DNA of 32,000 bases from an uncultured Acidimicrobiales bacterium (GTDB taxonomy: Bacteria; Actinomycetota; Acidimicrobiia; Acidimicrobiales; CATQHL01). Shown here one piece after another: positions 25,321 through 32,000 of this stretch. Every line of letters begins with the position of its first letter. Position 1 is the first letter of the stretch. A program made the translations under genes and the position numbers. Below the pieces are notes generated by a model. That model was given only the letters and a program-made list of their open reading frames with translations. It was not told the origin of the DNA and did not search any database. Location of the stretch: contig CAZTZI010000176.1 in the NCBI GenBank assembly GCA_964618115.1, forward strand, positions 1-32,000, in the 5' to 3' direction.

Positions 25321-26726
25321 CGATCCCACCAGCCGTCCGGACGGTTCATGAGCGAGGCGTCGAAGCCCGCCTCGCTGAGCCTCCGGAGGGTGGGTTCGAC
25401 ACGTAGCGGTTCGCCGGACGGGACGGCCCAGCCCGCGGGCGAGGGACGCCAGATCTCGTTGGACAGCACATGCGTGTCCGTTGAGCCGACCACCTCGCGG
25501 ATGCTCGTGACACGCCTCGTCCCACCGACCGCCTCGACGTGCACGACGAAGTCCACGGCCGAACCCACGAGGCGGTAGGTGAACGACCGGGAGAATTGCT
25601 GTGGGGTGAGCGAGGCGTACATCGTGAGCCTCTCGAAGGCCTCGACGGTGCTGTTGGCGTGGATCGTGCAGAGCGACCCGTCCTGGCCGGAGGTCATGGC
25701 CAGCAACATTCCCAGCACCTCCGGGCCGCGGACCTCCCCCACGACGATGCGATCGGCGTGCATACGCAGGCACTCTCTCAGCAGCGCCTCCAGCGAGAAG
25801 GCCCCGGCGCCCTCGACATTGGGAGCGCGGGCCTCCAGCACGCCGATGTCGGGGTGGAGGTCGGCGTAATGGTGCAGACCCAGCTCCAACTCGTCCTCGA
25901 CGGTGATGATCCGCTCGTGCGGCGGAACCTCGTTCAGCAGGCTGCGCACCAGCGTGGTCTTGCCGGCGCCCATGCCCCCGCAGACAACAATGTTGAAGCC
26001 GGCGCGCACCGCCGCGGAGAAGAACGACTCGATGGCCCGGTCGAACATGCCCGAAGCGCGCAGCTCAGCGAGCCGCGCCAGGTCCGGGTCGTGCAGGCGG
26101 ATGGTCACCATCGGCACCAGCGACACCGCCATGACGGCGTGCAGCCTGCCCCCGTTGGGCAAGCGCATGTTGAGCACCGGTGACGACACGTCGAAGCGAC
26201 GCCCGCTGCGATCCAGGGTGGCCCCCACCCAGCGGATCTGCTCGACGAGTTCGTCGTTGCTGGATGCCACCGGCTCGCCGCGGCGCTTGTTGCCCCGACG
26301 ATCCACCAGCCAGACGTCCTCGCAGCCGTTGATGTGAATGTCGGTGAGGTCGGGGTCGTTCAGGAACTTCTCCCACGGCCCTGTCCCGAACGCGTACGCC
26401 AGCGCGATACGTGCCAGACCCTCCTCGGCGGGAGCGTCGAGCAGGGGAGCTCCGATGACCAGCCGGTGCTGTGCCAGGCTCAACATCCACTCGCCGATCA
26501 CGGTCCGGGCGCGCTCGCGGCGGTCGTCCTCACCGGGGCGCCGGCCGGCCCGGTTCTCCTGCTCGATCCAGACGGCCAACTCGCCGCGGAGGTGTTCCAG
26601 CAGGCCCTCGAGCAGGCCCTCGTCGCGGTCACCGGGGTCATCCCGTGGGGGACCGTGGCGCGTGCCGGGCGTCGGGTTGCTCACGGCGGCACCTGCGGCT
26701 GTCCCGGGATGCTCCGGGGTGCTCAT
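25317..26726 (-). CDS. tadA: Tad/Flp pilus assembly ATPase TadA/CpaF (type II/IV secretion NTPase)
   Basis: 469 aa. Walker A CGGMGAGKTTLVRSLL, then IITVEDELEL, RIVVGEVRGPE and the His box GSLCTIHANS. Confidence 0.92.
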   Translation of the reverse strand: MSTPEHPGTAAGAAVSNPTPGTRHGPPRDDPGDRDEGLLEGLLEHLRGELAVWIEQENRAGRRPGEDDRRERARTVIGEWMLSLAQHRLVIGAPLLDAPAEEGLARIALAYAFGTGPWEKFLNDPDLTDIHINGCEDVWLVDRRGNKRRGEPVASSNDELVEQIRWVGATLDRSGRRFDVSSPVLNMRLPNGGRLHAVMAVSLVPMVTIRLHDPDLARLAELRASGMFDRAIESFFSAAVRAGFNIVVCGGMGAGKTTLVRSLLNEVPPHERIITVEDELELGLHHYADLHPDIGVLEARAPNVEGAGAFSLEALLRECLRMHADRIVVGEVRGPEVLGMLLAMTSGQDGSLCTIHANSTVEAFERLTMYASLTPQQFSRSFTYRLVGSAVDFVVHVEAVGGTRRVTSIREVVGSTDTHVLSNEIWRPSPAGWAVPSGEPLRVEPTLRRLSEAGFDASLMNRPDGWWDR

Positions 26727-27481
26727 GCCGCATCCGGACGGGGCATCGCCGAGATCCCTGCCGAGCTGAGATGCGCAAGAAGATCGGTCACCGCCCGGGT
26801 GCTGCGCGCCAGCGGTGACCGCCGTAGTGCCCGGGCGCGTCCGGCGTCGCTCGCGAGCGCTGCAGCGCCGCGGGCGTCGTCGGCCACCGAGCCGAGTACC
26901 CAGGCACGGTCACCGGTGGTCTGACGCAGAGCGGTATCGATTTCGGTAGCCGGGTACGGGCCGTCGCCCGTCACCACCGCAACCAGCGGCGTCCGCTCCG
27001 ACAGACCGGGCGCCCTGTCGAGCAGCACGGCAAGGCTCTCGAAGCACGGTCGGATCACGACGACGACGAAGTCGGCCTGCTCGCGCAACCGCGCCGTCGG
27101 CGTACCGACACGCAAGCGACCGGCATCCACGAGCAGGTCGGTGTCCTGCAGACTCCGGTCGAGCGCGCCGAAGTCGACCTGCTCGAGGGCTGCGCCGGTG
27201 GACTCTCCGCCCGGCGCCACCAGCACCGCAGGACCGTCGGGCAGGCACTGGCAGGCGGACCAGAACTCCCCCTCGCTCATCCCGTGCCGCGACACGGCGG
27301 CGAAGCTCACCAGGCTCGGCTGGTCAGGGTGCAGCCCGAACCGCGGCGCAACCGCGCCACCATCCGCATCGGCCTCCACGAGAGCCACCCGACGGTGGCG
27401 CGGCCACTGGTAGGCGACGCACGTGGCGAGCGTCGTCACGCCCGGTGCGCCCTTGAGCGAGCCGAACACGACGAGGCTCAC
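26723..27481 (-). CDS. TadZ/CpaE-like ParA/MinD-fold protein with a degenerate Walker A
   Basis: 252 aa from GTG, overlapping the cpaB stop (GTGA). SLKGAPGVTTLA replaces the deviant Walker A KGGxGK[ST]T. Its position between cpaB and tadA supports the call. Confidence 0.6.
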   Translation of the reverse strand: MSLVVFGSLKGAPGVTTLATCVAYQWPRHRRVALVEADADGGAVAPRFGLHPDQPSLVSFAAVSRHGMSEGEFWSACQCLPDGPAVLVAPGGESTGAALEQVDFGALDRSLQDTDLLVDAGRLRVGTPTARLREQADFVVVVIRPCFESLAVLLDRAPGLSERTPLVAVVTGDGPYPATEIDTALRQTTGDRAWVLGSVADDARGAAALASDAGRARALRRSPLARSTRAVTDLLAHLSSAGISAMPRPDAA

Positions 27482-28458
27482 GGCGCCACCTCGGCGAGCC
27501 GCGGGCCGGCTTCGGTGGCCGCGACCACCCGCGCCGCCGCACTTCTCGGCACGAGCAGCGACACGAGGGCGTCGCCCCCCTCCCCGCTGCCGAGCCACTG
27601 AACGTCGAACACCTCCACGCCCGACACGACGACGGGGTCCTCCCAGCCGGCCATCGGTTCGCTGGTGAGCAGATCCACGATGTCGCCGGCCGCCAGAGTG
27701 CTCACGGGGTACCGGCCGGCGCCGAGACGCAGACCGACCACTGCGAAGTCGGGCGGGATCACCGAACCGGCCCCCAGTAGAGCACCGCTCACGAACCCGC
27801 CGGCCCTGGCATCGAATGCCACGGTCCGGCCGATCACCTCGGTGGCAGTGGAGACGTCCACCACGTCGACCGGTACGTCCACGTCGAGGCTGGCCACACC
27901 GAGGTCGCTGGACGCCACCACCTGGCCGCGCGTGACGTCGTCGGCCCAGACGAGGACGGACACCCGGGGGCTCTCCCGCCCAGCCAGCATCAGGGCGCCG
28001 ATCGCCCCGAGTCCCACAAGGACGACACCCACCGCCAGTTCTGGGATGCGCCGGCGCACCGAGCGCGTCGTCACCGCTGCGACCGGCGACCTGGCACCTG
28101 CAGATCCCGGAGGCTCGCCCTGCGGCGCCGACCGACCACCGGCAGGGGGGATCGGGACCGAGGACGGGACGCCCGGCGTCTCGGATCCCGGTCGACCGGA
28201 GCGCTGCGCCCCGGAGTCCTGCGGACTTGCGAACCGCGCCGTGGCGGACCGGCCGTGATCGGGGATCGCCGACTCCGCGCCTGTGGGACTGGTGAACGGC
28301 ACCGGCTGGACCTCCTCGGCACGCGTGGGACTGCTGGGGCCGCCCTGAGGCTGCAAGAGGTCCGTACAGCGCTGTGCTGCGCCGTACGGCGGAGGCGGTT
28401 CGACCGCCGGGACGTCACCCGTCCTAGTCGCCTTCCGGTCTTGGCCGCACCGCGGCAT
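27478..28458 (-). CDS. cpaB: CpaB/RcpC-like Flp pilus assembly protein (SAF domain) with a long Pro-rich N-terminal extension
   Basis: 326 aa. RRRIPELAVGVVLVGLGAIGALMLAG is a TM helix, followed by the SAF-like VLVWADDVTRGQVVASSDL. Third-position GC stays high through the Pro-rich N-terminus, which supports the long form. Confidence 0.65.
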   Translation of the reverse strand: MPRCGQDRKATRTGDVPAVEPPPPYGAAQRCTDLLQPQGGPSSPTRAEEVQPVPFTSPTGAESAIPDHGRSATARFASPQDSGAQRSGRPGSETPGVPSSVPIPPAGGRSAPQGEPPGSAGARSPVAAVTTRSVRRRIPELAVGVVLVGLGAIGALMLAGRESPRVSVLVWADDVTRGQVVASSDLGVASLDVDVPVDVVDVSTATEVIGRTVAFDARAGGFVSGALLGAGSVIPPDFAVVGLRLGAGRYPVSTLAAGDIVDLLTSEPMAGWEDPVVVSGVEVFDVQWLGSGEGGDALVSLLVPRSAAARVVAATEAGPRLAEVAP

Positions 28459-28561
28459 CCGGATCGGAATAGAGCAAGGCGTACCCTAGGGCTGTCACAT
28501 CGGATTTACAACTAATTGCAGATAAATGTCTGAAATTGAATTGCAGGTGCTATATCAACTC
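28459..28561. promoter_or_regulatory. AT-rich divergent control region between the cpaB operon and tadV
   Basis: This stretch is markedly less GC-rich than its surroundings by eye. It contains the direct repeat AATTGCAG at 28514-28521 and 28539-28546, and a TGCTATATC extended -10-like element ending 5 nt before the ATG at 28562. Confidence 0.45.
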
Positions 28562-29104
28562 ATGCTCAAGCGTCGCACAGGAACCGCGATCGCCGCGTCG
28601 ACCGTCGGCGGTGCCGCCGCGGTCAGCGATGCGGAGACGGCTCTCTTCGCCTTGTGGCTGGCCACCCTGGCGATCCTGTCCTGGTACGACGTGCGGACCC
28701 GTCGCATCCCCACAGGCATCGTCAACCCCGCGACCGCCGTCGGCGTGGTCGCGCTCGCCGCCACCGCCTGGCGCACCGATGCAGCCGCCCGGCTGGGAGC
28801 CGCCGCAGCGACCGCCGCGGCCGCCTACGTGGCGTTCGCCGTGCTGCACGCCCTCAACCCCGGGGGGCTCGGCTACGGCGACGTGCGCCTGAGCGGTCTG
28901 CTGGGGCTGTTCCTGGGATGGCTCGGACCCACGGCGATGCTGGCGGGAACGCTCCTCGGGACCGGTGGTGCCGCGCTCGTGGCGCTGGCGGTGCTGGTCC
29001 GCGGCCGCGACCGCCGCGCAACGCTGCCCTTCGGACCCTTCCTGGCCGGCGGCGCGGCCACCGTGGCGCTGCTGCACAGCTCGGCGCCGCTGGGTTTCGG
29101 CTGA
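28526..29104 (+). CDS. tadV: Prepilin peptidase TadV/CpaA (A24 aspartic peptidase)
   Basis: WYDVRTRRIP and GLGYGDVRLSG supply the two catalytic Asp motifs, and the protein is polytopic. The first 12 codons from 28526 are AT-rich and atypical, so the ATG at 28562 (MLKRRTG) may be the real start. Confidence 0.8.
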   Translation: MSEIELQVLYQLMLKRRTGTAIAASTVGGAAAVSDAETALFALWLATLAILSWYDVRTRRIPTGIVNPATAVGVVALAATAWRTDAAARLGAAAATAAAAYVAFAVLHALNPGGLGYGDVRLSGLLGLFLGWLGPTAMLAGTLLGTGGAALVALAVLVRGRDRRATLPFGPFLAGGAATVALLHSSAPLGFG

Positions 29105-29217
29105 GGGCTGGTCAGCTGTGGACCGGTCGGCTGAGGGTTTCCCTGCTGTCGGCTGCCCCGCTGAGGGCCGGTCGGCTGAGGGCTGGTCAACTGAGGATGC
29201 GCGGCTGCGGGCTGATC
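29098..29217. repeat. Degenerate 15-bp periodic array (7-8 units)
   Basis: Units in 15-nt register: cggctgagggctggt / cagctgtggaccggt / cggctgagggtttcc / ctgctgtcggctgcc / ccgctgagggccggt / cggctgagggctggt / caactgaggatgcgc / (ggctgcgggctgatc). Units 1 and 6 are identical. Unit 1 contains the tadV stop codon. Confidence 0.85.
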
Positions 29218-29241
29218 GGCGGGGCGCTGCCCAGCCGGGGC

Positions 29242-30651
29242 CTACTCGCCGCGGCGCCAGACCTCCAGGGCCGAGCGCATGGCCGGATCCAGCCACACCT
29301 CGAAGCGCTTGCAGGCCACGGGGACGGTGTCGCGGAAGTTGATCTGGAACGGCTCCCGGGACACCACCTGGTGGTCGTAGATCTCGCCACCCCGCTTGCG
29401 GTAGAAGATCAGGACCGCCGCGACCACGCCGCGGAACGACTGCCCCACGGCGTGGAACGACAGCAGGATCTCCGAGCGGCCGTTGGGCGTGTCCAGGCCG
29501 ATGCGGTTCCAGGCGCTGTAGTTCCGCAGGTTGGCGAAATACCCCTGGCGGCGGACGCCGTCGATGACCTGCTTGCGGTGCCAGCTGCGACGCTCGGGAT
29601 GATCCGGAGGCGAGTAGTCGGCGAAGACCCGCCGCTCGCCGCTGTCGTCCTCGATGGCGTCGCCGAGGTCCGACTCGATGTCGGCGATCCGCGACTTGGC
29701 GTGCCAGAAGACCTCCGTGGCCACCGTCACGGCCTCGGCGAAGCGGCGCCGCAGACTCGACGCGCCCGCCCGGAACTGGTCCGAGATCACCGAGATCACA
29801 CCGGTCAGATCGTCGGGCTCCGAGGGCACCCGGCCCAGGGCGCTGACCGCCTGCAGGAAACTGCGGCGCTGGGACGTGGACACCAGCTGCGACAGACCCG
29901 CCAGCCCGTCGGAGCCGGCGGCGGCGGCCGCGTCGGAGAAGGCGCTCCGGTCCTCGCGGCGCACGGTGAGCGGGAACAGATCGGCTGCCATCAGCCAGTA
30001 CGAGGCGGCCGCCCGCGCCACCCGGTCGCTGATGCGGCCGAACGGCTTCAGATTCCCGAGACTGTGGACCAGCCAGGCGGCCGCCACCTCCGGCGGCGAC
30101 TCGTCGGCCCGGGGCGGCAGCACATCGATGACCTGCTGCAGACCGTCCGAGCCCGACTCCGCCTCAGCCACCTCGGCGTCGGGACTGACCCAGGTGCCCG
30201 TGGCCCGATCGATCTCGGGAACCTGCAGGCGCCGCTGGAGTTCGCCGAGCAGCTCGACATCCACGACGGGGCGACCGTCGTCGGGCTCGTCGAGGCGATC
30301 CAGCAGCCACAGCAGGGCATCCTGCAGGCCCGAGAGGATGTCCACCTCCCACTGCTCCATGTGCCCGGCACCGGCCGCGTCCCGGCCGGCGGCGTCGAAA
30401 CCGTTGGCCGCCAACCGGAAGGCGAGGCTCCGGTCGACATCGATGAGATGCTCGGCGGCTGCGAGGTCCAGCGCCCATTCGCGGGCCATCCTGGCCTCGA
30501 CAGCCGCCAAGCCGTCGGGATTCTCGTCCAGCGACAGGTCGCGAAGGTCGGCCCAGGCCTCGGCAATCGCAGCGCACTCGATGCTCGGCGCGTCCCAATC
30601 GATCGCCGCTTGATCCCCCAAGAGACCGCTGACCGCGCCCCCGTTCCTCAT
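29242..30651 (-). CDS. Hypothetical protein with a Fic-like core carrying a degenerate active-site motif, plus an unrecognised C-terminal domain
   Basis: 469 aa. Residues 202-213 (nt 30013-30048) read KPFGRISDRVAR, against the Fic signature HPFx[DE]GNGRxxR. The flanking helices are Fic-like (PPEVAAAWLVHSLGNL ... AAASYWLMAADLFPL). Third-position GC is high throughout. Confidence 0.6.
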   Translation of the reverse strand: MRNGGAVSGLLGDQAAIDWDAPSIECAAIAEAWADLRDLSLDENPDGLAAVEARMAREWALDLAAAEHLIDVDRSLAFRLAANGFDAAGRDAAGAGHMEQWEVDILSGLQDALLWLLDRLDEPDDGRPVVDVELLGELQRRLQVPEIDRATGTWVSPDAEVAEAESGSDGLQQVIDVLPPRADESPPEVAAAWLVHSLGNLKPFGRISDRVARAAASYWLMAADLFPLTVRREDRSAFSDAAAAAGSDGLAGLSQLVSTSQRRSFLQAVSALGRVPSEPDDLTGVISVISDQFRAGASSLRRRFAEAVTVATEVFWHAKSRIADIESDLGDAIEDDSGERRVFADYSPPDHPERRSWHRKQVIDGVRRQGYFANLRNYSAWNRIGLDTPNGRSEILLSFHAVGQSFRGVVAAVLIFYRKRGGEIYDHQVVSREPFQINFRDTVPVACKRFEVWLDPAMRSALEVWRRGE

Positions 30652-30780
30652 TGATCTTCTTTTCTAGACAACAGCACGCGACGGTTAGCGTCGTTATACC
30701 GTTATGTATCCTGATCTCTCGTTGCTGACAGCGTTTGAGACTAACAGGTTGCGCTGGAGGACAGGAAATTCTTGCGTCAC
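30652..30780. promoter_or_regulatory. AT-rich island upstream of the Fic-like gene (shared divergent region with the topoisomerase gene)
   Basis: ttgatcttcttttctagacaacagc...cgttataccgttatgtatcctgatctctcgttgctgacagcgtttgagactaacagg is clearly lower in GC than its flanks. It contains TATAAC/TACATA-type -10 candidates on the minus strand and the direct repeat CGTTAT x2. Confidence 0.35.
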
Positions 30781-31069
30781 GGACGGCTGCGGCGGTCGCG
30801 ATGCAAGCATCGCTCTCCAACGGGCGCATCGGTGCTGAAATAGCTCCGGATCGGGTTGGTTGGTCGCGTCCGGCCGTGCCGGGGCCTTGGCTGTGTCGCG
30901 CCGCCCGCCACGACCGCCGGAGCCTTGCGCGACTTCGCCCGAGCCTTGGCCCGGCCGGGGGCCCGGCGTCGCGGCCCCGGCGACCGGAGCCTGCCCCGGC
31001 GGGGCATGCCGCCGGCCGTACCGGCCCGAGATCCACGATCACGAGAGCACGCGGTGTGAGAATCGAACC

Positions 31070-32000
31070 ATGAGTCCACGACGCCGACCCGGACCGGCCG
31101 CCGGCATGCCGTTCGCCGGCGAGATCCTCGACACCCCCATCACGCAGGAGGTGTCGGAGTCGTTCCTGGCGTACTCACTGTCGGTGATCACGTCCCGGGC
31201 CATTCCCGACGTACGCGACGGGCTCAAACCGGTGCAGCGCCGCATCCTGTACTCGATGCTGCGCATGGGCCTGCGGCCCGACTCGCCGCATCGCAAGTGC
31301 GCCCGCGTCGTGGGCGACACGATGGGCAACTACCACCCCCACGGCGACGCCGCCATCTACGACGCCCTGGTGCGCATGGGCCAGGACTTCAGCCGCGGCG
31401 TCCCGCTGGTGGACCCCCAGGGCAACTTCGGCACGCTCGACGACCCGCCGGCGGCGGCCCGCTACACCGAGTGCCGGCTGGCCACGGCTGCCATGGAGAT
31501 GCTCGACGAGTTGGACGAGGACACCGTGGACTTCCGGGCCAGCTACGACGGCGAGGCGTCCGAGCCGGTGTGCCTGCCGGGGAGGCTGCCGAACCTGCTG
31601 GTGAACGGCACGAGCGGGATCGCCGTGGGTATGGCCACCAACATGGCGCCACACAACCTGCGCGAGGTGTACGAGGCCGTGCGGCTGCAGATGGCCGACC
31701 CCGACGTGTCGATCGCGGACCTGCTGGCCGTCCTGGGTGGCCCGGACTTCCCCTCCGGCGGGGTGATCCTCGACGACGGGCTGGCCGAGGTGTACGCCAC
31801 CGGGCGGGGCACGATCCGGATGCGGGCCCGGGCCGAGATCATCGACGTGGGCGGGCGGCGCCAGGCCATCCGCATCCTGGAACTGCCGTGGCTGGTGGGA
31901 CCCGAGAAGGTCGTGGGGAAGATCAAGGAGGTCGTCGGCGCCGGCCGGCTGGAGGGTGTGGAGGACGTCAAGAACCTGTCGGATCGCCACATCGGGCTGT
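31070..32000 (+). CDS. Type IIA DNA topoisomerase subunit A (ParC/GyrA family; likely topoisomerase IV subunit A), 3' end runs off the window
   Basis: It is absent from the ORF track because no stop falls in the window. Translation from the ATG at 31070 gives ...SFLAYSLSVITSRAIPDVRDGLKPVQRRILYSM...GNYHPHGDAAIYDALVRMGQDFS...AARYTECRL (catalytic Tyr)...LPNLLVNGTSGIAVGMATNMAPHNL. No gyrB is adjacent, which favours parC-like. Confidence 0.9.
   Translation, partial: MSPRRRPGPAAGMPFAGEILDTPITQEVSESFLAYSLSVITSRAIPDVRDGLKPVQRRILYSMLRMGLRPDSPHRKCARVVGDTMGNYHPHGDAAIYDALVRMGQDFSRGVPLVDPQGNFGTLDDPPAAARYTECRLATAAMEMLDELDEDTVDFRASYDGEASEPVCLPGRLPNLLVNGTSGIAVGMATNMAPHNLREVYEAVRLQMADPDVSIADLLAVLGGPDFPSGGVILDDGLAEVYATGRGTIRMRARAEIIDVGGRRQAIRILELPWLVGPEKVVGKIKEVVGAGRLEGVEDVKNLSDRHIGL

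Noticed and set aside
28550-29296. 248-aa minus-strand ORF containing QPSAD-type pentapeptide repeats
   Set aside because: It is antisense to the well-supported tadV gene for most of its length and starts inside the 3' end of the Fic-like gene. The repeat is explained by the 15-bp DNA periodicity.
31045-31066. tRNA T-loop-like sequence (the reverse complement reads GGTTCGATTCTC)
   Set aside because: The flanking bases cannot form a T-stem (CATGG versus CTCAC). No acceptor or anticodon arms can be drawn. The sequence overlaps the ribosome-binding region and start of the topoisomerase gene.
30164-31073. ORFs 30164-31042 (minus, 292 aa), 30735-31073 (plus, 112 aa) and 30777-31079 (minus, 100 aa) in the long intergenic region
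   Set aside because: They are Arg/Pro/Gly/Ala-dominated with no recognisable motifs and no SD, and they overlap each other and the Fic-like gene in other frames. They are probably non-coding, although a decayed gene remnant cannot be excluded without BLASTX.
1-32000. Mobile element, prophage, genomic island or defence island
   Set aside because: I recognised no integrase, transposase, recombinase, terminal inverted repeats flanking genes, tRNA attachment site or sustained compositional shift. The only low-GC stretches are two short promoter-like gaps.

Overview
This is a high-GC, gene-dense, actinobacterial-type chromosomal segment with about 30 genes, mostly on the minus strand. I saw no rRNA, tRNA, CRISPR, transposase or integrase. 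Content in order:

- **Core metabolism:** a 5'-truncated hypothetical gene, class I fumarate hydratase, glutamine synthetase type II (glnII), an AMP-dependent acyl-CoA ligase, a D-2-hydroxyacid dehydrogenase and an orphan LivJ-like solute-binding lipoprotein.
- **Hopanoid operon (8042-15875, minus):** a seven-gene, Streptomyces-type operon, hpnC-hpnD-hpnE-polyprenyl synthase-shc-hpnG-hpnH, with almost every junction overlapping or nearly abutting.
- **Regulator and pump:** a MerR+TetR double-HTH fusion regulator, divergent from a MATE efflux pump whose conserved N-terminus lies upstream of any canonical start codon.
- **Tad/Flp pilus locus (18483-29104):** cpaB-tadZ-like-tadA-tadB-tadC-flp-tadE-tadE-tadG-like, then a LysM membrane protein and a 622-aa SARP/BTAD-type protein with an unrecognised N-terminal half. 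The tadV prepilin peptidase is divergent.
- **Right end:** an orphan 469-aa protein with a Fic-like but catalytically degenerate core motif, divergent from a type IIA topoisomerase A-subunit gene that runs off the window.

Non-coding structure:

- A three-copy REP-like palindromic element.
- A 4 x 63-bp tandem array starting at the acyl-CoA ligase stop codon, upstream of glnII.
- A 15-bp periodic array starting at the tadV stop codon.
- Stem-loops bracketing flp.
- Two AT-rich divergent control regions.

The best candidates for something undescribed are the degenerate-Fic protein next to the topoisomerase gene, and the LysM plus SARP-like pair at the end of the tad operon. All functional calls come from motif recognition by eye; no searches were run.
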